DNA from: an uncultured bacterium
Lineage (GTDB): Bacteria > Patescibacteriota > Minisyncoccia > Phycocordibacterales > GWA1-40-21
Length of the DNA: 64,000 nt
Direction of reading: 5' to 3'
NCBI GenBank assembly: GCA_903831305.1
Contig: CAIKXE010000002.1
Location: forward strand, 15,934 to 79,933
The notes under the pieces are model-generated. The model did not search any database. It had not been told where the DNA came from and saw only the letters and a program-made list of their open reading frames with translations. The number at the start of each line of letters is the position of its first letter. Position 1 is the stretch's first letter. Position numbers and translations under genes: made by a program. Below, one piece after another: positions 25,251-33,958 of this stretch.

Positions 25251-27728
25251 ATGTTTAATTTTTTTTCAAAAAAAGGTATGACAGTGGTGGAGACGGTAGT
25301 GGCCGTTGGTATCTTTGCTATTTTGTCTACTGTTGCTTATGAAATCTATATTGGGGTGGATAATCTGGTCAAGCGGGCGGATCAAAAGTCTACCGCCTTA
25401 TGGTTAGCTGAGGAAGGAATAGAAGCCGTAAGGTCAATTCGGGACGAAAATTTTACTAGCCTAGCTGATGGTACTTATGGTCTATCAGCCTCGGGTAATA
25501 AATGGGTTTTGGCTGGTAGTTCTGATGTGGTGGATAATTATACGCGTGTTTTAAATATTTCCACTATCTCGGCAAACGAAAAAGATGTCTTGGCTACTAT
25601 CAGTTGGAATTATAAAACCCAAAATAATTCTTTAAGCTTGAATAGTCGGCTGACAAATTGGCATAAGGTGGATTATAATGCTGGCTTGACGGTGGAAAAA
25701 GTGATTATTAATCACGGTGGTAATGCTACCTCGACTACCTTTGCTCCTTACACAGTGAGTATTACGGTCGGTACTAGCACCACTGATACGGTGGTAGAAG
25801 CGGGAGCCACTAATCAGTTTATGCCTGGTACTTATACGGTGACGGAAACAGCAGATCCAAATTATACTCAGTCCTTTGATCTGGATTGTAACGCCCTAGG
25901 TGAGGTGACTGTAGCCACCAGTAGTACCAAGGTCTGCCGTATTATCAATGAAGAAAAGCCGGCTAAATTACGGGTAAACAAAACCGTTATTAATCATGGT
26001 AATAGCAAGGTTGTTTCAGACTTTTCCTTACGAGTGGATTCTAACCCCGTTACTTCTGGGGCTTTAAATACTTTTGACTCTGGAGTGCATACTGTTTCTG
26101 AAGTGGTGGATGCTGAGTATGATACGACGATCGGCGGTGATTGTAATAGTGGTGGTTTAGTCACTCTGGTGCCTAATGTGACTAGGACCTGTTCGGTCAC
26201 TAATGAAGAAAAGTTATCTTATGTGACGGTTTATAAAAATATAATTAATCATGGGGGGACCGCGGTTACGGCAGATTTTGCTCCTTATAAAGTGGGGGCC
26301 ACGACTGTGACCTTAGGAGCTACGACCACCAAAAATTCCGGCACCTATACCGTGACAGAGACGGTGGATCCGGCTTATACTCAAACTTTTAGTGGGGATT
26401 GTAATGGTTCTGGTTCTATCACCCTCATTGGTGGTATGACTAAGACTTGTACCATTACTAACGAAGAAAACTTTGTCGTTCCGACGGTGACGATTCCTAC
26501 TGTTACCTCCATCACTCAGACTACGGCTACTTTGGGAGCGACAGTGGCTTCCTTGGGCGTGCCACACAGTATTTCCGCTCGGGGTACTTGCTGGGGGACA
26601 ACATCAAATCCAGTTACTAACTGTGTGGCAGAAGGCGGAACGACTACCGGTGTCTTTACTCAGGCTCGCACCGGATTCACCGCGGGTACGACTTACTACT
26701 ATCGCGGTTACGCTACAAATAGCACCGGGACTGGTTATTCTGCCGATGGGACCTTTACTACTTTGACGGCCAATGTGGTGCCAACAGTCACTACGCCGAC
26801 GGCAACTGCTATTACTTCAAATTCTGCTACTTTGGGGGCGGATGTTACTTCTCTTGGTATTCCCGCTACTATTACGGCTAGGGGTACTTGCTATGGTACA
26901 ACACCAAATCCAGTTACTAACTGTGTGGCAGAAGGTGGAACTACTACCGGAGTTTTTACTCAGGCTCGCACCGGATTCACGGCGGGTACGACTTACTACT
27001 ATCGCGGTTACGCCACCAATAGCACCGGGACGGGTTATTCAGCCGATGGGATGTTTGCCACTGTTGCTATCTGCTCAGTGGCAGCCGCAACGGTGGGTAC
27101 TCCTACGACTTATGATAATGCCGGATCTGTTTCGGCGGTGGTGGCTAAGCCAACTGGTGTGACTCAGGGTGATATTATGTTTGCTCAAGTTTTTCATTTT
27201 AATAGTACGGATCGATTTACTACCACACCAGCGGGTTGGACGGAAATTGGTCGTCATAAAAATGGTAACTATAATCAAGCTCTGCTCTATAGGGTCGCCA
27301 CCGCTGGTGAGGGAGGAGTTTCAAACTATACCTTCAGTCTTGTTTCAAGTTCTAAATTAGCGGTTACTATTTCTGCCTATCGCGGTTGTTTTGACATTGC
27401 AAATCCGATTGATAGTTTCTCTAATGTGGAGTATGTGGTAAATAATACTACCTATCGGGCTGGTAGTATTAATTTGTCAGCCGCTAGCACCACCGTTTTA
27501 ATGTTTCCAAGTGTTTATAATGGTTCGGTTAGAACTTTTTCTCCTCCTTTGACACAAGGTGGGGGCTGGACCGAGGATCATGATCATGGAACAAATACGG
27601 CTGACTTCTCTCGAGCCGGCTATCGTAAATTTATTTCCAGCGCAGGAGCTACCGGTGTGATAGACAGTATAGGAAACTCTAATAATAATGCTAAGCATGC
27701 TTTTGCTGTCGGTTTGCATCGTTTATAG
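25251..27728 (+). CDS. Large (825 aa) prepilin-leader protein with repeated beta-sandwich domains (pilus-associated adhesin candidate)
   Basis: N-terminus KKGMTVVETVVAVGIFAIL is a prepilin-type motif. Three about 90-aa repeats (VINHGG...TVTETxDPxYTQxFxxDCN) are followed by two about 95-aa near-identical repeats (TCxGTTxNPVTNCVAEGGTTTGVFTQARTGFTAGTTYYYRGYATNSTGTGYSADG). Confidence 0.75.
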   Translation: MFNFFSKKGMTVVETVVAVGIFAILSTVAYEIYIGVDNLVKRADQKSTALWLAEEGIEAVRSIRDENFTSLADGTYGLSASGNKWVLAGSSDVVDNYTRVLNISTISANEKDVLATISWNYKTQNNSLSLNSRLTNWHKVDYNAGLTVEKVIINHGGNATSTTFAPYTVSITVGTSTTDTVVEAGATNQFMPGTYTVTETADPNYTQSFDLDCNALGEVTVATSSTKVCRIINEEKPAKLRVNKTVINHGNSKVVSDFSLRVDSNPVTSGALNTFDSGVHTVSEVVDAEYDTTIGGDCNSGGLVTLVPNVTRTCSVTNEEKLSYVTVYKNIINHGGTAVTADFAPYKVGATTVTLGATTTKNSGTYTVTETVDPAYTQTFSGDCNGSGSITLIGGMTKTCTITNEENFVVPTVTIPTVTSITQTTATLGATVASLGVPHSISARGTCWGTTSNPVTNCVAEGGTTTGVFTQARTGFTAGTTYYYRGYATNSTGTGYSADGTFTTLTANVVPTVTTPTATAITSNSATLGADVTSLGIPATITARGTCYGTTPNPVTNCVAEGGTTTGVFTQARTGFTAGTTYYYRGYATNSTGTGYSADGMFATVAICSVAAATVGTPTTYDNAGSVSAVVAKPTGVTQGDIMFAQVFHFNSTDRFTTTPAGWTEIGRHKNGNYNQALLYRVATAGEGGVSNYTFSLVSSSKLAVTISAYRGCFDIANPIDSFSNVEYVVNNTTYRAGSINLSAASTTVLMFPSVYNGSVRTFSPPLTQGGGWTEDHDHGTNTADFSRAGYRKFISSAGATGVIDSIGNSNNNAKHAFAVGLHRL
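26480..27065 (+). repeat. Intragenic tandem duplication (2 x about 285 bp, about 88% identical) within the 825-aa gene
   Basis: Nucleotide blocks 26494-26760 and 26781-27050 align nearly base for base. Confidence 0.8.
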
Positions 27729-27777
27729 TATTATATTTTATATGGTTATAAAAAAATTACATAAAAAAAGCGGGGGG

Positions 27778-28263
27778 ATGACCTTGGTGGAAACGCTAGT
27801 GGCTATTGCTATTATGTCCCTGCTGATGCTTACGGTGGCTTCTTTGTTAGCTAGTACTTCTAAAAGTGAAAAGAGGAACAGAGTGATTACCGAAGTAGAA
27901 TATCAGGCTTCCGCTCTTATTTATGAGATTGCTCAGTCTGCTCGTAATGCAAGCTCTATTGTGAGTCCGCTTGTGGCCGCTACTTCTACTACCTTAAATT
28001 TAGTTTTGTCTTCAGTGCCGGCCGAGAGCCCAACTATTTTTTCTTTGACCGATCAAGCCCTATATGTGTCTCGTGGGGGAGCGGCGGCTGAGCCGATATC
28101 AAGTGACACCATACTCGTGACGGGTCTGACCTTTGAAAATATTTCTGCCTTAAATACCCATGGGGCTATCAGAGTCACCCTCAATGTCCAGGGAGCAAAT
28201 CCAAATAATAAGCCCGAGCTTGTTTATGCCACTAGCCGGACTACCACAATCACATTAAGATGA
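27778..28263 (+). CDS. Prepilin-type N-terminal domain protein (pseudopilin)
   Basis: MTLVETLVAIAIMSLLML preceded by GGGGG as an SD-like sequence. The track ORF starts at 27688 and overlaps the upstream gene; 27742 is an alternative start. Confidence 0.7.
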   Translation: MTLVETLVAIAIMSLLMLTVASLLASTSKSEKRNRVITEVEYQASALIYEIAQSARNASSIVSPLVAATSTTLNLVLSSVPAESPTIFSLTDQALYVSRGGAAAEPISSDTILVTGLTFENISALNTHGAIRVTLNVQGANPNNKPELVYATSRTTTITLR

Positions 28264-28658
28264 AAATTATTAATTACAAAAATAATAAAGAAGGATTTGC
28301 CTTGCTTTACGTTATGCTGGTCTTGGCTAGCATTATTGTGGGTCTAGCTTTATCCGCTAATCAGTCGGCTTTTTTCTCGGCTAATCGGTTGAAATCATAT
28401 TCTAATTCGGCGGAGGTAAGGATGATAGCTGGTTATTGTGGGGAAAATCTTTTGATGCAGATTAGGGATAATCCAGCGCTTGTTACCACTGGTACTCTTA
28501 GTTATGCTGGTGGGTCTTGCACTTACAGTATTTCCGGTACCGTACCAGTCAAAGTGATAACCATTATTGCTTCAAAAAATAACATTTATAAAAAGCTCAC
28601 TATCACCACTTCGCAAATTTACAGCACTATTGAGGCTACCTGGGTAGAGACAAATTAG
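28260..28658 (+). CDS. Pilus-associated hypothetical protein with N-terminal TM (PilX-like)
   Basis: EGFALLYVMLVLASIIVGLAL with conserved Cys residues; 132 aa. Confidence 0.5.
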   Translation: MKIINYKNNKEGFALLYVMLVLASIIVGLALSANQSAFFSANRLKSYSNSAEVRMIAGYCGENLLMQIRDNPALVTTGTLSYAGGSCTYSISGTVPVKVITIIASKNNIYKKLTITTSQIYSTIEATWVETN

Positions 28659-28705
28659 TGGTCATAATTGAAAGAAAGCGGTAAATAAGCTATTATCAGC
28701 GTGTA

Positions 28706-28779
28706 GCCAAATTAGTTCAGTGGTAGAACACTACTTTCGTAAAGTAGAGACGTGAGTCCGATTCTCACCTTTGGCTCCA
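28706..28779 (+). tRNA. tRNA-Thr (CGT), CCA encoded
   Basis: GCCAAAT-TA-GTTC-AGTGGTA-GAAC-A-CTACT-TTCGTAA-AGTAG-AGAC-GTGAG-TCCGATT-CTCAC-CTTTGGC-T-CCA; one 7-66 mismatch. Confidence 0.8.
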
Positions 28780-28780
28780 A

Positions 28781-29686
28781 ATGTCAGAAAAAGATATACA
28801 GAAGAAAAAGCTGGAAGAATTAGAAGCCTTGATGAATCAGGTGGATTTTTGGGCTGATAAGGCCCGCGCGCAAGCGGTGATTAAGGAGATTGCGGATTTA
28901 AAAACAGAGATTGCCGGCGTGGGTAAATATGATAGTGGTGATGCTGTGCTTACTATCATTGCTGGAGCTGGTGGCGTGGATGCTGAGGATTTTGCCCGAA
29001 TGCTTTTGGAAATGTATTTGAAGTTTTTTACTAAAAAAGGTTTTGGTTATCAGACAGTTCATCAGAATGAAAATAATCACGGCGGTTTTAGAAATGTCAC
29101 TATTGAAGTGACCGGCCATTCGGCTCTGAGAGCCTCAGGCTCGATGAGCAAGGGAGCTTACGGATTGCTAAAAAATGAGAACGGCGTACATCGGTTAGTG
29201 CGGACTTCACCTTTTAACGCTAAAGGTTTGCGCCACACTTCTTTTGCACTAGTAGAATTTATTCCTAAATTTGAAAAAGCGAGTGCTAGTGATTTAGTCA
29301 TCCCCGAGGAAGATATTCGCTACGAGTTTTCTCGCTCTAGTGGTCCGGGTGGGCAAAATGTAAATAAGCGGGAAACCGCTGTTCGGGTTGTCCATATTCC
29401 GACCAATATGGCCGTGCATGCTGAGGGTGAGCGTTCTCAGGCCCAGAACAAAGAAAAAGCCTTACAGATATTGCGCGCTAAACTGTATGTGAAGCAGGAG
29501 GAAGAGAGAAAGAAAAAAGAGCAGGGTCTGTATGTAAGTAAAACCATGGAAATAGAGTGGGGTAATCAGATCCGCTCTTATGTCCTGCACCCTTATAAAA
29601 TGGTCAAGGATCACCGGAGTGGAGTAGAAACCGCCCAGGTGGATGAAGTGCTTGATGGTGATATTGAGCGTTTTTTGGTACAATAA
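28781..29686 (+). CDS. prfB: Peptide chain release factor 2 (short form lacking the N-terminal about 25 aa and the frameshift site)
   Basis: SPF tripeptide (RTSPFNAKG) and GGQ (SGPGGQNVNK). The N-terminus aligns with E. coli RF2 just after the +1 frameshift position. The ATG begins 2 nt after the tRNA-Thr CCA. Confidence 0.85.
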   Translation: MSEKDIQKKKLEELEALMNQVDFWADKARAQAVIKEIADLKTEIAGVGKYDSGDAVLTIIAGAGGVDAEDFARMLLEMYLKFFTKKGFGYQTVHQNENNHGGFRNVTIEVTGHSALRASGSMSKGAYGLLKNENGVHRLVRTSPFNAKGLRHTSFALVEFIPKFEKASASDLVIPEEDIRYEFSRSSGPGGQNVNKRETAVRVVHIPTNMAVHAEGERSQAQNKEKALQILRAKLYVKQEEERKKKEQGLYVSKTMEIEWGNQIRSYVLHPYKMVKDHRSGVETAQVDEVLDGDIERFLVQ

Positions 29687-29696
29687 CTACATTATA

Positions 29697-30287
29697 ATGC
29701 TAGAAAATATCATACAGCTCATTATTTACCACAAGTACCTGATAATTATTCCGGTTACCATAGTTGAAGGACCAATCGTTTCCTTTTTGTCTGGGTTTTT
29801 GGTTCAGCTTGGAGTCCTCAACTTTTTTTATGCCTATATATGTCTCATGATAGGTGATCTTATTGGAGATGTTGCCTGGTACTGGTTGGGCTGCAAATGG
29901 GGGATGCCCTTCATCAGAAAATTTGGAAAATATTTCAGTCTCTCTGAAGAAAAAATTCAACCCATACATAAATTATTTCATAAATATCACACCTCAGTTT
30001 TATTCATCTCAAAACTGACAACTGGTTTTGGTTTTGCTCCGGCCGTCCTCTTTACGGCTGGAATGACAAGAATCCCATTTTCACGTTATCTAACTCTAAA
30101 TTTTTTTGGGCAGTTTATTTGGACAGCGCTACTTCTCTTCCTTGGATTTTTCATAGGGCACCTCTATGAAAGTTTTAATTCAATACTCGAGCGAGTTTCT
30201 ATTTTTGTTATTGTTGCTGCATGCTTCTTTTTAATAGTCGGTTTTGGTAAATATCTCCGAGGCCGTATAATAAATAAAACCATATGA
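29697..30287 (+). CDS. DedA/VTT-domain family membrane protein
   Basis: IIIPVTIVEGPIVSFLSGFL and ...GMTRIPFSRYLTLNFFGQFIW are typical of DedA. The track start at 29643 overlaps prfB, so the ATG at 29697 was chosen. Confidence 0.7.
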   Translation: MLENIIQLIIYHKYLIIIPVTIVEGPIVSFLSGFLVQLGVLNFFYAYICLMIGDLIGDVAWYWLGCKWGMPFIRKFGKYFSLSEEKIQPIHKLFHKYHTSVLFISKLTTGFGFAPAVLFTAGMTRIPFSRYLTLNFFGQFIWTALLLFLGFFIGHLYESFNSILERVSIFVIVAACFFLIVGFGKYLRGRIINKTI

Positions 30288-30970
30288 TATCTATCGTTAT
30301 ACCAGCGCATAATGAGGAAAAGTATATCGGGCGAACACTCAGGGCGGTTTTAGATTTGGATTATCCAGATTTCGAGGTGATTGTTATTGATAACGCTTCG
30401 ACTGATAATACCAGTGCTATAGCAAAGTCTTTTCCTGGAGTAAAGGTTTTTTTTGAAAAACAAAAGGGCACTCAATTTGCCAGAGAACGCGGAAGGGTAG
30501 AGTCAAAAGGAGAAATTATTGCTGGTATAGATGCTGACTGTATTCCAGATAGAGACTGGCTCAAGAACGGTGTGGTTTATTTTAATGATCCAAATGTGGT
30601 TGCTGTCTCTGGTCCTTATTATTATTATGACACTGGCTGGTTTTTTCGTTCCGTCTCTCTTTTTATCCAGAGGACGTATGCCATAACAAATGATATCCTT
30701 CAGTTTTTTCATCACGGCGCTGTCCTAATTGGTGGTAATTGGCTCATTCGAGCTTCGGCTATGGAAAAGATAGGCGGGCATGATACCAGTTTTGTTTTTT
30801 ATGGTGATGATACTGATACAGCAAAGAGGCTTTCAAAAGTCGGTAAAATCATATTTTCCACCAAGTTCGTAATGCAATCATCTGGCCGGCGATTTGAAAA
30901 TATAGGTCTCCTCAGAACACTTTATAATTATGCTTTAGGTTTTTTAAGAGTCACGTTAAAGAAAAACTAG
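30284..30970 (+). CDS. Family 2 glycosyltransferase
   Basis: MISIVIPAHNEEKYIGRTLRAVLDLDYPDFEVIVIDNASTD... with a DxD motif (GIDADC). Confidence 0.8.
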   Translation: MISIVIPAHNEEKYIGRTLRAVLDLDYPDFEVIVIDNASTDNTSAIAKSFPGVKVFFEKQKGTQFARERGRVESKGEIIAGIDADCIPDRDWLKNGVVYFNDPNVVAVSGPYYYYDTGWFFRSVSLFIQRTYAITNDILQFFHHGAVLIGGNWLIRASAMEKIGGHDTSFVFYGDDTDTAKRLSKVGKIIFSTKFVMQSSGRRFENIGLLRTLYNYALGFLRVTLKKN

Positions 30971-31017
30971 AAGAAGACGGTATCCTCTTAATCCCACATA
31001 TATGGTTATTTGTCTAG

Positions 31018-31046
31018 TTGTATAAATATAGCATATATGCTATACT
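31018..31046 (+). promoter_or_regulatory. Sigma70-like promoter (TTGTAT, 17 nt, TATACT)
   Basis: Read directly from sequence; it heads a 400-nt locus with no long ORF. Confidence 0.4.
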
Positions 31047-31211
31047 CTCTGTGAGATAAGAGATTGAAAGAAAAAGCTACTTGATAATTAAAGAACAGAG
31101 ACCCTTCCTGGGGAGCTTTTAAAACGTTTGAGATTTCCCCGGGGAGGGGATATGGGTCACTTAGCTACCCAAGACGTTGTCGGACGTCTTAATAGCCCCC
31201 TTCTTCTAAAA

Positions 31212-31385
31212 TGATGAAAATTTTAGGAGCCCTGGGACTAGGTTTAGCTATTCTGATCCTCCGCTCACTTATGCCAACGGTCTTTCAGGCATTTGAGCAT
31301 ACCCTTCTCGTGTTCTTTAGCTTAGCAGGCTCGCTACTTGGTAAAGCCCAAGTTTTAGTGAACAACCTGCCCGTCTCTCCTTAAT
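31212..31385 (+). CDS. Candidate small hydrophobic protein (57 aa), below the 60-aa cut-off of the ORF track
   Basis: MMKILGALGLGLAILILRSLMPTVFQAFEHTLLVFFSLAGSLLGKAQVLVNNLPVSP; two predicted TM helices. A terminator follows at 31420-31460. The SD is weak. Confidence 0.3.
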
Positions 31386-31419
31386 CCGCTTTACGCTGAT
31401 TAGGAGAACCACGACCTTG

Positions 31420-31460
31420 ATCCCAGTTTGCCTCGCGCAACCTGGGATCTTTGTGTTTTG
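31420..31460 (+). terminator. Rho-independent terminator (GATCCCAG ... CTGGGATC + T-tract)
   Basis: 8-bp GC-rich stem with a 15-nt loop followed by TTTGTGTTTTGGTT. Confidence 0.6.
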
Positions 31461-31513
31461 GTTGAAAAAAAATGAGAAATAAGGTATCTTTAGGAAGTGC
31501 TTATTTGTAATAA

Positions 31514-31589
31514 GCCAAGATAGCTCAGCTGGTAGAGCACGTCATTGGTAATGACGAGGTCCCGGGTTCAAACCCCGGTCTTGGCTCCA
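31514..31589 (+). tRNA. tRNA-Thr (GGT), CCA encoded
   Basis: GCCAAGA-TA-GCTC-AGCTGGTA-GAGC-A-CGTCA-TTGGTAA-TGACG-AGGTC-CCGGG-TTCAAAC-CCCGG-TCTTGGC-T-CCA; all stems perfect. Confidence 0.9.
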
Positions 31590-31714
31590 ATCACAAACAA
31601 ACTTATTTGTTTGTGCCGGGGTTTGAACGGCGGAACGATGTTTTGATAGCAATTAAAACCGTGAGCCGGTGCCCAGTCTAAAATTTTTGACGCGAAATTT
31701 TAAGGCGAGGGCTA

Positions 31715-31732
31715 GTCCCGGTCTTGGCTCCC
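31715..31732 (+). repeat. Direct repeat of the tRNA-Thr(GGT) 3' end (GTCCCGGTCTTGGCTCCC), 126 bp downstream of the tRNA
   Basis: A 17/18 match to tRNA positions 60-76. A second T-arm-like fragment CCGGGGTTTGAAC lies at 31616-31628. Confidence 0.6.
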
Positions 31733-31778
31733 AAAAGTGTTTGGAGGAATATCACTTTGGTGATATAATCTAGGGGAC

Positions 31779-32459
31779 ATGATTTACTTTGATAAAGTTT
31801 CTAAAATTTATTCTGATGATTGCTCGGCTTTGGAAGATATCAGTCTAAAGATTGAGCCCAAGGAGTTTGTTTCCATTGTCGGTCACTCCGGCGCTGGCAA
31901 GACCACCTTGATCAAGATGATTTTGGCTGAGGAAAAGCCGACTAAAGGAACGGTCTTTTATGAGTCGGCCAATGTCCATAAGTTGAAGGGGAAAGAGATT
32001 ACGGCTTTGCGCAGAAAGATCGGTACAGTTTTTCAGGATTTTCGGCTACTCCATAATAAAACGGTTTATGAGAATATTGCTTTTGCCATGGAGGCGGCGG
32101 GCCGGACAGATGAAGAGATCGAGGCTGATGTGCCGCATGTTTTAGAGCTCGTGGATATCAGTAAGAAGATTTATAGCTTCCCAAGCGAACTGTCTGGTGG
32201 GGAGAAACAGCGCGTGGCAATTGCCAGAGCTATTGTGAACCAGCCAGATGTGATTATTGCGGATGAGCCGACCGGTAACCTAGATCCGGCTAACACCTTT
32301 GAGATAATGCAGATTTTAAAAAAGATCAATGATTTGGGGACGACCGTGATTATCACCACGCATAATCGAGGGGTAGTGGAGTCACTTGGTAAGCGGGTGA
32401 TCAGTATGCAAAACGGTAAGATCGTTCGAGATGATAAAAATGGTTCATTTATGTTATAA
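31779..32459 (+). CDS. ftsE: Cell division ATP-binding protein FtsE
   Basis: Walker [13 protein letters not shown] signature [14 protein letters not shown], Walker [12 protein letters not shown]; immediately followed by ftsX. Confidence 0.9.
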   Translation: MIYFDKVSKIYSDDCSALEDISLKIEPKEFVSIVGHSGAGKTTLIKMILAEEKPTKGTVFYESANVHKLKGKEITALRRKIGTVFQDFRLLHNKTVYENIAFAMEAAGRTDEEIEADVPHVLELVDISKKIYSFPSELSGGEKQRVAIARAIVNQPDVIIADEPTGNLDPANTFEIMQILKKINDLGTTVIITTHNRGVVESLGKRVISMQNGKIVRDDKNGSFML

Positions 32460-32467
32460 TTTACATT

Positions 32468-33403
32468 ATGTTTTTCACTAAAATAAAAAGAACTTTTAGG
32501 GCGGGGGTGACGAACTTTTGGCGTAACGGTTTTGTCTCCCTATCGTCACTCGTGGTGATGTTTATCACCCTCTTTATGATCTGCTCGCTGATTTTTATGA
32601 GCGCTATTTTGAAATTTTCCTTGGCTGAGATAAAAGATAAAGTAGATATCAACGTTTACTTTACTACTAAGGCCAGTGAGGCTGATATTTTAAGCTTAAA
32701 AAAATCAACAGAAGCTTTATTAGAAGTAGAAAAAGTTGACTATCTGTCTAGTGAGAATGTTTTGACTAATTTTAAGGAAAGGTGGAAGGATAACGGCTTA
32801 GTGCTCGAAGCGTTAGATGAGCTTGGAGAAAATCCTTTTGGGGCACAAATGAATATCAAAGCCAAGGATCCATCACAGTATGAGGGTATCTCTAATTTTT
32901 TTGGCTTGAAAGGAACTGACTGTAAATCATTTGAGAGTAAGTTTCCTGTAATTGAAAAGGTAAATTATTGCCAAAATAAAGTTATAATAGACAATCTAGT
33001 CAAAGTTACAAATGCTGTTAACACTGTCGGTTTTTGGATCGCACTAATTTTATTGATAATTTCTATTGTCATTACCTTTAATACTATTCGTTTGGCCATC
33101 TTTATCTCTAAGGAAGAAATCTCCGTGATGCGCCTAGTGGGGGCTTCTGGCCGGTATGTGAAAGGACCGTTTGTTGTGTCCGGCATCCTTTATGGTATTG
33201 TTTCGGCTACTTTAGTGTTGGCGGTTTTCTTCGGTCTCACTTATTGGCTGGGTAGTTTGTCCAAGGACTTTTTTGTCAGTCTAGACCTCTTTGCTTTTTA
33301 TCTGAAAAACTTTGGGCAAATCTTTCTCATAATTTTTGGTTCGGGTATTGCCCTCGGTGCCGTGTCTAGCTACTTGGCTGTGAGACGGTATTTGAAGATC
33401 TAG
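32468..33403 (+). CDS. ftsX: Cell division permease-like protein FtsX
   Basis: 311 aa; TM1, large periplasmic loop, three C-terminal TM segments; genomic context with ftsE. Confidence 0.85.
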   Translation: MFFTKIKRTFRAGVTNFWRNGFVSLSSLVVMFITLFMICSLIFMSAILKFSLAEIKDKVDINVYFTTKASEADILSLKKSTEALLEVEKVDYLSSENVLTNFKERWKDNGLVLEALDELGENPFGAQMNIKAKDPSQYEGISNFFGLKGTDCKSFESKFPVIEKVNYCQNKVIIDNLVKVTNAVNTVGFWIALILLIISIVITFNTIRLAIFISKEEISVMRLVGASGRYVKGPFVVSGILYGIVSATLVLAVFFGLTYWLGSLSKDFFVSLDLFAFYLKNFGQIFLIIFGSGIALGAVSSYLAVRRYLKI

Positions 33404-33490
33404 TCTAGACAATTTTCTATAATCTGTTAGTCTTTTACTAGATTTGATGTCTGACGTTCGGTGTCTTAAACCTGAGAAAATGGGGGTACG

Positions 33491-33748
33491 GTGATGCAGA
33501 TTTTCTTGATGAGGAACCAGGACTCGGTGTACTTTCTGGTACTAGCGGAGAGTGAGGATGAAGCAAAGCGGAAACTCGAAGCTTGGAAGCCTGGAACCTA
33601 CGCCTACGCTGGCGAGACGCTCATTCTTTCCATTACCCGTATCGGTCCGATTGCTATGGTGGAGAACCACTTCATGGTTCGGCTACCGCAGCTGAGTCTT
33701 GGGCTTCAGACGGCCCAGATTGAGTACAGTACTCCTCCGAAAGGTTGA
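33491..33748 (+). CDS. Hypothetical 85-aa protein, atypically GC-rich (about 52% GC)
   Basis: ORF with GC-rich codon usage in an AT-rich genome, followed by a GC-rich terminator. Confidence 0.4.
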   Translation: MMQIFLMRNQDSVYFLVLAESEDEAKRKLEAWKPGTYAYAGETLILSITRIGPIAMVENHFMVRLPQLSLGLQTAQIEYSTPPKG

Positions 33749-33768
33749 ATCAGGGTCTTCTTTGTACC

Positions 33769-33808
33769 TAGAGCCACCGCGTCCGCGCGGTGGCTCCTTC
33801 CTTTTTAT
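33769..33808 (+). terminator. Rho-independent terminator (GAGCCACCGCG tccg CGCGGTGGCTC + T-tract)
   Basis: 11-bp perfect GC stem then CCTTCCTTTTTATATT. Confidence 0.8.
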
Positions 33809-33846
33809 ATTGAAAAAAAACTGATAATAAGGTATCCTGTCACTAT

Positions 33847-33917
33847 TGCGGGTTCGTCTAAAGGTAGGACACATCCCTCTGAAGGATGGTATTGGGGTTC
33901 GAGTCCCTGACCCGCAG
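33847..33917 (+). tRNA. tRNA-Gln (CTG)
   Basis: TGCGGGT-TCG-TCT...GAC-A-CATCC-CTCTGAA-GGATG-GTAT-TGGGG-TTCGAGT-CCCTG-ACCCGCA-G. U1-A72, G73 and a 3-bp D stem are as in bacterial tRNA-Gln. Confidence 0.8.
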
Positions 33918-33958
33918 CAAAATTTGAGGCCTAGGTATTTTATGTTAGAATAGTACTA

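Noticed and set aside
28781-28860. Programmed +1 frameshift site in prfB
   Set aside because: The ORF begins downstream of where the frameshift would lie. No CUU UGA C-like window or upstream short frame is present, because the tRNA occupies that space.
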